Origin: Octopus vulgaris
Taxonomy: Eukaryota
DNA length: 64,000 nucleotides
Direction: 5' to 3'
NCBI GenBank assembly: GCA_951406725.2
Contig: OX597825.1
Location: forward strand, 74,710,001-74,774,000
Made by a program: the position numbers and the translations under genes. Below the pieces are notes generated by a model. That model had not been told where the DNA came from, made no database searches, and saw only the letters and a program-made list of their open reading frames with translations. Below, piece by piece: positions 53,929 to 64,000 of this stretch; position 1 is the first letter of the stretch, and every line of letters starts with the position of its first letter.

Positions 53929-54649
53929 GATGGATGGATGGATGGATGGATTAAAATATTTTGACTCAAATTCGTTGTTACTCCGAGTTTCAAGCGTGAT
54001 GCTAATCATCAGCCATTTTGAATTTGAATGGGAGATGATTGTTATTATCGTAAAGCAGGCTGCGATTAGTCGAGGAAGGTCACGCAGTGTCTTTATTTGA
54101 TGTTGGTATATCAGCGACAACAGTAACTTGGAAAATACCGCATGCTGAACAGGAAATTGACCGCGTGATGGACAGGAAATCGGTCGTGTTGTTGGAGGGG
54201 TAGAAGGAAGGAGCTGTATGTGCAAGCATACTGTTGTATATGTGAGTGTATGACGCGCCTGTATTGTTTTGCTTGCATGACTGTATTGATGCAAGCGTGC
54301 GCATCTGTACGTGGGCGCGCACACATATACACACACACATATATGACCGAACATGCGCTTGCACACGCGTATACATACACATGCATACACATGGACGCAC
54401 ACACACACATGCGTATTCATTTTTAGGTACATATGTATATGTGCGTGCATGTACGAATGCATATTAGTGTTCGCGCGCACACATGCGCGTGCATGCATAA
54501 GTATACTTGCGCATGACAAGCGTTGGAGATTGGTAATTGACGGTCCTGCTCATGGGGTTGGTTGGTGACGGTAGCCTTCGTGCAGGCGGTGCAGGGCAGC
54601 AGCTGGTACTAGGGTGGTATATCCGCGTTGTCGACGGTCAGAGGATCGA

Positions 54650-55280
54650 AATTTATCAGAAGAGCATACTTCTGGTGACAGTAATACGATAAATCGTATT
54701 TCTTGTTGATGGATACTGCGGGTTGTTAGAGGATATGCAGTTTTTCACAGAGGCACCGGGGTAATATGGTGGCGCTCTGTCCACTTGATGCTAGGTGTTT
54801 CGTCTCGGAGATCGCGGAGTCTCCAGAGAAAACGTGACAGGGAAGTAGAGTTCTCTCTGTCCCTGGATCTGAACGAGTGCATATACTGGGAGTATATTCT
54901 CTTGAAGTCATTAGCTGTCATACCAGTATAGTATCTAGTAATGTCATTGGATGGCGTAAGGATGGCTCTGTATACTACTGCCCTTCAGAGGCATGATCCT
55001 TCTAGAGAAAACATGGTGGGGTTTCGACAGCTGCAGGTTGGGATTGGGGTGGTGCGGGTGTATTTTTACGTCTGTTGATGCGTATGATGTTAGATGCCAT
55101 GTTGTCTAAGCAGGAGTGACTCATCTTAACAGTATGAGGGTTGAAGAGTTTGTAATATTTGTGTCTTCTGTGGAAGTGTTTCTTAATTAACGACAGGAAG
55201 CCCCTAGCTACGTTGGTCGAAACTTCTAGGTTGACAGGGGGGTTGTAGCATATAATTCTCCTTTTCCTAATCTTTCCTAG
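54650..55280 (-). mobile_element. Penelope-like element ORF relic (RT-EN linker plus GIY-YIG endonuclease)
   Basis: RKRRIICYNPPVNLEVSTNVARGFLSLIKKHFHRRHKYYKLFNPHTVKMSHSCLDNM; LEGSCL*RAVVYRA...RYYTGMTANDFKRIYSQYMHSF...STSLSRFLWRL; CLCEKLHI; INKKYDLSYYCHQKY. These are canonical Penelope motifs, with stops and frameshifts. Confidence 0.9.
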
Positions 55281-55302
55281 TACTACTACTACAAACACCT
55301 AT

Positions 55303-55334
<32 letters not shown>

Positions 55335-56039
55335 TTACAGTTATCCAGTGTACTGCACAATGAGATTGAAATCGAAACCTCGCCGTTGCGAAACGAACTT
55401 CTTAAACACCCAGCCATGCCTTCACTTATATTGAAGACGTTGAAGGCATTACTGCTCATTTAAAAATCTTTACTAACTTCAACTTCATCTTCTATTCACA
55501 TTTACCGAAATAATTCCCAAACAGATATGCATCATTGCTTTCCAATGAAGCATAAACCTCTTTAAATGTTTTGATAGCAGACACGGATACAACAGTTTAA
55601 AACGCAAGGGAAATAAGAAAGCAACTTACGGGATTTATCAAATATCGATCGCTAAGTGTCGTCTCGATACGTCGGTATAAATGCCGTGGATAGAAAAATA
55701 CGAATATAACAGCAAAGGCCTTATCGTTTCATAGAAAAGACGCAACAAATGTCAAATGTTCTATCAATCAGTTTAAATACTACTAAGATAGTAAAGATAA
55801 TTATTTCTCGCGGTGCGTTGGCGAGTAGGAAACAAATGATTTCTTGTACGCAGTAAAGACGTCAAGCGTTTCAGCAATGACAGGCAATCTACGATGTACC
55901 AATTATACGCCATGTCAATGCCTTAAGAAGATCGACAGTAATAAATCGAGCATGTAATACTTTCTCAAACCCAAACCAGGATGTAATTGTCTACACGCTT
56001 TTATAATTTTTTTTATCCCCCTATCAACAAAAAAGTGAG

Positions 56040-56101
56040 AGTGGGTGAGTGTGTGTGTTTGTGTGTGTGTGTGTGTTTCTGTGTGCTTGTGTCTGTGTGT
56101 T

Positions 56102-56132
<31 letters not shown>

Positions 56133-56195
56133 TTGTGTGTGTGTGTTTGTGTGTGTTTGTGTGTTTGTGTGTGTGTGTGTGTTTGTGTGTGTGTG

Positions 56196-56228
<33 letters not shown>

Positions 56229-56517
56229 TGTGTTTGTCTGTGTTTGTGTGTGTGTGTTTGTGTGTTTGTGTGTTTCTCTGTGTGTGCGTGTGTTTCTGTG
56301 TGTTTGTGTGTTTGTGTGTGTGTGTCTGTGTGATTCTGTGTGTTTGTGTGTGTGTGTGTGTGTCTGTGTATGTGTGTGTGAATGTGTGTGTGTGTGCGTG
56401 CGTGTTTGTGTGTGTTTGTGTGTGTGTGCGTGTTTCTGTATGTTTGTGTGTGTGTGTGTGTGTTTTCTGTGTGTATGTGTGTGTGTGAATGTGTGTGTGT
56501 GTGTATGTGTGTGTGTG
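56040..56517. repeat. Long imperfect (GT)n microsatellite
   Basis: Direct inspection. Confidence 0.95.
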
Positions 56518-56519
56518 AT

Positions 56520-56990
56520 GCAGGCATAGCTGTGCAGTTAAGAACTTCGCTTTGCAGCCACACGGTTTTGGGTTCATTCTCCTTGCGCGTCATCTTATGC
56601 TAATGTCTTTTTTATTATAGCCCCAGGCCGACCAGTGCCTTGTTAGTGGATTTGTTAATCGGAAACTACAGAAAGCCACTGATACATCTGTGTGTGCGTG
56701 TGTGTGTTTGCGTGAGTGTGTGTGTGTGTGTGTTTGTGTGTGTTTGTGCATGTGTGTGTGTGTGTTTGTGTGTGTTTGTGCATGTGTGTGTGTGTGTGTG
56801 TTTCTCTCATCTCTTGACAAATAACCTGTGTTGGTTTGTTATGGGCCTCTGTAACCTAGCGGTTCAGGAATAGGGACAGACAAAATGAGTAACAGATTTA
56901 CAGGTTTAATTTAATCGATTAAACAGTTTAAGGTGGTGCTCCAGTATGGTCGCAATCCATTGGCTGAAACATATAAGAGAGTATAAGAGT
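56520..56990 (+). mobile_element. SINE family D (diverged)
   Basis: Head, internal (GT)n, tail ggtggtgctccagtatggtcgcaatc. Confidence 0.75.
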
Positions 56991-57212
56991 TTTATGTCAT
57001 AAAAGATGATAGTTACATGTTTGAAACAGGAAAGATTGAATAGGCAGACAAACAGACAGACCGACTGACGTGTAGATAGACAGACAGATAGATAAGATAG
57101 TCAGACAAACACGCAGATGGACAAACAGAAGGCAGACAGACAGATAGATAGATACATACATACATACACGTGTATGGGTGGGTGTTTGAGAGAGAGAATG
57201 CGTGTGTGTGTT

Positions 57213-57283
<71 letters not shown>

Positions 57284-58939
57284 CTTCAGATATTTTTTTT
57301 ATAAAGCATATAAATTAAAATGTCGTAGGTGGGGAACCACAATGTAAATCTTTAAATAAGTTTTGTAGGTAACGATTTGGCTTTTATTTCTCAGGGTTTG
57401 GTGTTAAGCCGGGATAAATTCGCATAACGAGGCCCTATGTATATTGCACTTAAGAAAGATCCCTAAAATCATATCTTAAGGCTGCAGAAAAGAAAGAAAA
57501 TTTTCATAATGTGTATGGGTGGGGAAACGAGGGCTGGTCGCGGCTGAACCGCTTTTTTAACATTTGTTTACTCGTTAAAGAAGGGTTCGCTTGGAAATTT
57601 GACAGAGTCGTTAGACTATCAAATAGTATTTGACTTTTTTTTTTTCATACAATTTCATTATTCTTCAATTATGAAAATATTACAGAGAAATATATGAACT
57701 AAAACAGGTAACCTTTACCCATCTCCGGATTCCCGAATCCAGTACAAAACTCTAAGTGAAACATCTTGGAGTAGCTTTGTATAAAGTCTTCTTGAACGTT
57801 AGTGAGTGTACATTCTGAAAGTTATCAATTTAAGAATAATAATGAATAAATTATGTGAAAACTGCTGTTGGGATAAATACCAATGTAAATATTTAGTCTA
57901 TTTCTTAAGATGCAAGTGTTAAATTCTTTATTGACGTAACGTTTTTAACTGTATAACTTTCAGCTTTTGAAGTTTGTAAGATCAAACTAGTCGTTACAAC
58001 CATTAGTAATGAGCCTTGTATTTGAAATTGAAGGTTGTGAAATCTGTTTATCATCTTAAAAATACAACCGTTCATTTTATGACGAATATAGCTGTTTGAT
58101 ATGTTTTATATTTTACTGACAGGAACAATAAGAATTAACCGAATTCTTTACTGAACGTTAAGTAAATAGAGTAGGCTTTCTTCGATTGATTTATGGCTTA
58201 GTTTTTTTAAGTTAAGGATAAACAACATAACTAAAAAACGAGAAGAAATAGCATGCAACAGCTTGCGTGAAGTAATGTTATAGATTACAGCACTATTTCT
58301 AGGGCCAAAGTAGAATTTGGCAAATAGGAATAAAATTAGTCTCGGACTTAGATGAAAAGTAAAACAGAGTAGATAAAACGCTCTCAGTAGATTAAACAGA
58401 TTATGCTTTAAGACTTTGCTTCTGCCAAATCTCTTAGAACGAAAGGGAAAGATATTTCCCTGTAAAAATCACACAATTATTAAATTACTTGGCAACAAAT
58501 AACTGGAATGATCGTTCTGAAAATATTTTCCATTTGTATAATAGAAACAGCGTCTAAATAAAATCATATAAAACACAGAGAGAAAGATAAACTCAATCTG
58601 TGTAAACATTAAAGTGGATTAGTAATTGGTAATTCTTTTTCGTGATATGTTATATGTTAAGAGCATTTAAACAAACCTTTCAATTCATCTGAAATCAGAC
58701 TCGGATAATTCGCCCGCTGTTGTTCTTTAGTCTCAAGCCAGTTGTAAATGAGAAAACCTACGAGTAAAGAAGTTCCAGCCGTAAATGGAATTTTGTTGCT
58801 TTTGTATATCTAGGACTACATTGTTCAATGTGCTCCTTTTTTTTTCTTTTTTTTTTTTTTCTAAGAAGTAAAAATGTAATTTGATGGCAATTTAGCTGCT
58901 ATTTTAAATAGCCGCCGTCAAACTACTGAAGCATGTAAA

Positions 58940-59337
58940 ATAATCCTTTCTACTGACGGCACCAGGCCTGTAGTTTTATGGAGATGATGGTCGATTCCAT
59001 TGACTCCAGTGCTTGTCTGGTAACTTATTTCGTCAATGCTGAAAAGATGAAGCGTAAAGTCGACTCGGCAGAAATTTGAACTCAGAACGTAAAGACGGAC
59101 GAAATGCTGCCAGGCATTTTGTCCGGCGTGCCCACAAGGGGCTAGACATAGAGGGGACAAACAAGGACAGACAAACGGATTAAGTCGATTACCAGCGTAA
59201 ATGGCACTTAATTTATCGACCCCAAAAGGATGAAAGCAAAGTCGACTTCGGCAGAATTTGAACTCAGAACGTAACGGCAGACGAAATACTGCTAAGCATT
59301 TCGCCCGGCGTGCAAACGTTTCTGCCTGCTCGCCGCC
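58940..59337 (-). mobile_element. Two adjacent SINE family A copies
   Basis: Core motifs at ~59045-59130 and ~59215-59337. Confidence 0.85.
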
Positions 59338-59582
59338 CTTCTGTCTACCTGTCTTTTTTTTTTGTCTACCTGTCTTTTTTTTTTTGTCTACCTGTCGATC
59401 TCTCTTTGTCTACCTGTCGATCTCTCTCTCTCTCTCTCCCTCTCTCTCTTTCTTTCTTTCTCACTCTCTTTCATGTTTGTCACCTTCCGCTCCGAATGTC
59501 GTGTGAAGCAGTCGACAGTGTTTTGTCGGAAACGAAAAGCTGTATTATCAACCATTTCAGTCAGGTGTAGTGTTTCGGCGAT

Positions 59583-59750
59583 GAGTGTTCCAGTCGATCC
59601 GATCAACGGAACAGCCTGCTAACGAAACTAGCGTGCAAATTGCTGAGCACTCCACAGACTCGCATATCATTAACGCAGTTCTCGGGAAGTATGGAACTCA
59701 CGACTTTACAATCGTGAGCCAAATACTTCAGCCATTAGACCACTCGCCTT
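59583..59750 (-). mobile_element. Degenerate SINE family B-related fragment
   Basis: gttccagtcgatccgatcaacggaacagcctgct...gctgagcactccacagac matches the B 3' region. Confidence 0.7.
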
Positions 59751-59942
59751 CGTCCACTAACCAGACAAATGAACACAGCATCTCTTTATTGCCAACGCAA
59801 GGTGACAACGATCTTCACCGTGAAATTAATCTTATTTCACTTCTGTCTCATTTCACCTATATGTTGTTGTTGTTGTTGTTGTTGTTTGATGTCCCCTAAA
59901 ATGAGTACAAGGACAATATCTTCGTCTCATACCGAAGTCTGA

Positions 59943-59993
59943 GACACTTCTGATGAGACCCCATTAAGGGTCGAAAATCAATTAAAACTTGTC
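59943..59993 (+). ncRNA. Hammerhead-like motif (degenerate stems I and III)
   Basis: CTGATGA-gaccc-cattaa-gggtc-GAAA-atcaat-TA; perfect 5-bp stem II. Confidence 0.45.
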
Positions 59994-60226
59994 ATCATTT
60001 TTTTTTTAATCTACAGAGAAATGGTTAAATTTGCTACGTTTGTGTGTCTGCTATGTAGATTTACATATATTATATCATACCTTGATATTATGTGGACTGA
60101 GATCCTCGTTGAGAGTCTACTGATATCAAATCAGTTGTTAAATACTTATAGCATGCAAATTACTGGATTTGCAATGTATATAACCTGGTTGGCTAATTGC
60201 TTACTTGGGATTGGTTAAGTGATATA

Positions 60227-60280
60227 GACGTCTCTGATGACACAACAATAAGGTCCGAAAATCGATTAAAGCTGTACGTC
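60227..60280 (+). ncRNA. Hammerhead-like motif (degenerate stem II)
   Basis: gacgtct-CTGATGA-cacaacaataaggtcc-GAAA-atcgat-TA-aagctgtacgtc; palindromic stem III. Confidence 0.35.
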
Positions 60281-60447
60281 ATTTTTACTCTGAATGTTCA
60301 AATACATTTATTTGTGACGGTGCACACATGCGAGAAATATTTTTTGAGAAGAAAATTTGTCAGTATTTTGCAAAAGTTTCTGTATGAAGTTTTAAGCCTC
60401 CCTCTTAATCTCTCTCTCTCTCGCCCTCTCTCTCTCTCTCTCTCGCC

Positions 60448-60480
<33 letters not shown>

Positions 60481-61659
60481 TACGCGTGCACTTTACGTTC
60501 TGCTTCGTGAAAAATACTTTCAAATGGTTTAATTTCCTTTATGTGAATGTATTCTTTAATTTACATTTTCAGTAACCGGACACCACTTAGGAAGAATATC
60601 AACGTCAATTTAGAAATGCAAAGCGAATACAAATAAAAGTATGTAAATTGAGTTGAACCCGGTGAATATTAATTTCTATCAACGTCTAAATATCCAATCT
60701 AAATGCAGGTGTTTCTATGAACCGTATCAACTAAAAATACAAATTAATAAAAAGCTGCGAAGCAAACAAAAAACAAAATGGAAGAACTACAGCAATTTCA
60801 ACAGCTAATAGTTTATAATTTCCCAATAGCTTTTGTGATCAGGAATTCTAGCGAAGGATCGAGTTTCGTTACACAGTTTCAGGATTGAACAAATAATTGA
60901 ACTCACTGATCAGATGTGAAATAATCACTAATGGTTCTTCATGAAACTAGAAGAGGAGTTAACTTGACTTGTCAATGAATAAGCAGCACGTTTGAGGACA
61001 CTTGTTGATTTCATAAATGGAAGAGTGTTTCTTTTTCTTTATAAAAAAAAAATGTGCGTGTATTAAGAGAGAGAGAGAGAGAGGGGGGAAGAAGAGAGAG
61101 TGGGAGAGAAAGAGAGAGGTGTAAAGCAACACTTTTACATAATCACCAATAGATAGAGAATTAAGCTGAACAGTAATAAAACGTGACTTTGTGTCGTTGA
61201 ACGTAGCGAATGAGAGGTTAGAAAAACAAAGAAACAAACAAGCTATTAAATGAAATGATGATAACATCAACAGCAGATGCACCAACAACAACAACAACAT
61301 TAACAAAAACAACAGCAACAACAACGGCAACAACAACAACAAAGAGGTTGTTAACATTCAGAAGCTATGTTTATTATGTATAGAACTCGAGCAATTTCAA
61401 TTCTCGGAAAATAGTTTCCTCTAAATTACTGGAGTCTTAACATAATCAGATATTGTTCGTAAACAGTTTCTAAACGCAAACTAAAAATAATAATAATAAT
61501 AATTATAAAACGTACAACGACGAAACAGCAAAGTTCTAGGTGATCTGTCAATTGATATGCTGAAAATAGCTGCGAAATTGCGCTCAGAACCACATCATAA
61601 CATCTTAGAAAAGGACACCTCCTATAATGAGGTTCTATGTATATTACATTTAAGAGGAA

Positions 61660-61898
61660 TTTTCTTTTCGTGTCTTATAATGTAACACACTCACCGGTAA
61701 AATTGAAAAGTCTATTGAAAAGGTTGCAAAACGCAACGAAAGTTTTAGGAAAATAAAAATAAGAAATAAGCAGAAATTTTACCGGTGAGTGTGTTACATT
61801 ATAAGGCACAAAAAGAATACGCTTCCCCAGACACAACAGAATATGCTTCAACACACGAACTCATATAAAGAATCTTGCAAACCAAATCCAAAAACGAA
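61660..61898. mobile_element. Short insertion with an internal ~45-bp inverted repeat and 12-bp TSD
   Basis: gtgtcttataatgtaacacactcaccggtaaaatt / aattttaccggtgagtgtgttacattataaggcac; TSD atttaagaggaa at 61648-61659 and 61899-61910. Confidence 0.75.
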
Positions 61899-62261
61899 AT
61901 TTAAGAGGAAAATATCCTTAAAATCATATCTTATGGTTGCAGAAAAGAATTAAAACTTTCATAATATGTATGGGGAAAAAAAGGAAGAATGGTTCACAGC
62001 TGGACCACTTTTGAACATATGTCCTATCGATATGGAAGGGTTCGCTTGGAACTTAGTAGAGTTGTTAGAATGTCGGATAGGATGCTTCGCAGGGCTTGTT
62101 CCGTTTGTGCTCTGAGCTCAAATCCAAACGGGTCAGCTTTGTCTTTCATCTTTCATGTGTGGATAAAATAAGTACCAATCCAGGTCAGTGATTGGGAGAC
62201 CGGCTTAACACCAAATACCGCATTCCGGGTAGTTTTCTCCAAATGATAATAGCAACAATAA

Positions 62262-62432
62262 TCCTTTCTACCCAGATACAAGGCCTGAATTTTTTTCGGG
62301 GAGGGGAATAGTCGATTACATCAATCCCAGTACTCAAATGATATTTTATTGACCCAGAGAAGATGAAAAGGAAAGTCGACCTTAGCGGAATTTGAACTCA
62401 GAATGTATAGGCGAATGAAATGCCACGAAGCA
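62262..62432 (-). mobile_element. SINE family A-related copy (diverged)
   Basis: aagatgaaaaggaaagtcgaccttagcggaatttgaactcagaa. Confidence 0.75.
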
Positions 62433-62693
62433 TTTTTATTGATTAACTGCCCAACAGAACGTAACGCATGTGCTAACTTACTAACGGAGTAACAAGTCGA
62501 ATTATAATATATTTTCCAACCATTATCTTTGGATGCTATTTCTCACATATTGGTTCACATCGTCGAAGTCCCTCAGTAAAACATGGATGGATGACATGAA
62601 GAAACTTCTTCCTATAAAATCAAATCTTATGTAGATTCGTAATAGAATTTCGTATGCTACAACTGTGCGGGCCCTTCTATGTCTTCTGATAGT

Positions 62694-63169
62694 TGTTGTG
62701 ACCTCCTTCGGTCATGAATGACCATGGGATTGCTCCTAGAAAGTTACCCTCCGAGGCACAAGTCTGGGCAAGGTTGTTTATGGAAGACCAGCAGTCACCC
62801 ATGCATACCAGCCTCCCATCTCCACGTCACCAATGTTATCCAAGGGAAAGGCAAAGGGGCCGATACAGCTTAACACCAGTGACGTCGCAGCTCATTTATT
62901 AACGTGCAAGTGGCTGAGTACTCCACAGACACGTGTACCCTTAACGTAGTTCTTGGGGAAATACAGGTACAACAGAAACAGGAAGTAAGAGTGAGAGAAA
63001 GTTGTGGTGAAAGAGTACAGCAGGGTTCACCACCACACCCCGCCGGAGCCTCGTGGAGCTTTAGGTGTTTTTGCTCAATAAACACTCACAACCCTCGGTT
63101 TGGGAATCGAAACCACGATCCTACGACCGCGAGTCCGCTGCCCTAACCACTGGGCCATTGCGCCTCCAC
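62694..63169 (-). mobile_element. Chimeric SINE: family B 5' part fused to family C 3' part
   Basis: B head and body at 63169-62900, C tail at 62899-62700; a single 11-bp TSD cttctgatagt at 62683-62693 and 63170-63180. Confidence 0.88.
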
Positions 63170-63758
63170 CTTCTGATAGTACTTATGGCATTAGTATATG
63201 TTTGCGGAAGATGCTTGGGGAAGAGAATGAACTCTGATATAATTGATGTATAGTGTTCACATGAAGGGCAAATGTTTGTACGTTAACTGCATCTTTTCTA
63301 TAAACTCTACATTTTTCTTGCTGTTCCTTTTTCTTCAGAAGAGAAATAACAGCTTTCAGGACCTTCTTTTGAAGTCTCTTATTCTGGTGGGAAAAAGGAG
63401 AAAAGAAAGCAGCACTATTGGAATATCTTCACAGTAGAAGTTAGGCTGGTTTAAAAGCTTGAAATTGTACGAACTTCACAAAAGGCACCTAACAGTTAAG
63501 TGTTAAACTAGGGGACGGATTTGGAAAAAATAAATGAATAAACTTGACCAAGATGCTGCAAACTTGAATCAACTGATCGGGAGTCACGTGATTGCGAGCA
63601 AGCTTCTTAAGCTCAAAGTGATTCGTGCGTCTTAGGATGTGACGGAAAGTAAAAGAAAATGTGTATACATACGTCAAAACCAACAACACAAGCCAGTAAA
63701 GTAATGCTGATCTACGTCGGCAAATAATATAATGATAATAATAAGTTAATAAAATCTA

Positions 63759-64000
63759 GGGATCTTTTCGGTTTGAACGGCAGTTTTTCCTAGCGGTGAC
63801 ATATGAAATTGTCACCCATAATTATGACCCTAGTATCGATCTATTGCATTTCAATCTGTTTTAGGGTTAGGGTTAGGGTTAGGGGTGGGGGAAGGTTATC
63901 TTTTTTCTTCACAAATGTAAATAAACCCAATCTGTTTCTTAATCGAGGGACATATTCATACGGCTCAGAATGTTTTTTACCTCAATAGACGTCAGTGATT
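63759..64000 (+). mobile_element. Probable non-autonomous DNA element (left end) containing (TTAGGG)4; runs off the window
   Basis: Abrupt start gggatcttttcggtttgaacggcagtttt; ttagggttagggttagggttaggg at ~63862-63885; right end not visible. Confidence 0.45.

Overview
AT-rich, microsatellite-dense, repeat-saturated eukaryotic non-coding DNA. The SINE repertoire and the (TA)n/(CA)n/(CATA)n/(ATT)n load suggest an octopod cephalopod genome (inference). I find no confidently supported host protein-coding exon; nearly all long ORFs in the track are translated microsatellites. The window holds about 30 copies or fragments of five tRNA-type SINE families (here A-E), many with clear target-site duplications, nested insertions and chimeras. 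It also holds decayed mariner/Tc1 transposons and MITEs, three Helentron/HINE-like elements, 3' fragments of CR1-, Tx1/L1- and R4-like LINEs, and a decayed Penelope GIY-YIG ORF. The most striking signal is a set of type-I hammerhead ribozyme motifs in several unrelated sequence contexts, mostly in short non-coding modules next to (TA)n tracts. Four have intact or near-intact cores (23260-23354 -, 24644-24725 +, 48583-48680 -, 48816-48913 +) and several more are variant or degenerate. Most have a palindromic minimal stem III, and the four best have an unusually long stem II (about 45-73 nt). Two sit back-to-back in a ~620-bp foldback. All structures were assigned by eye and need computational and biochemical confirmation.
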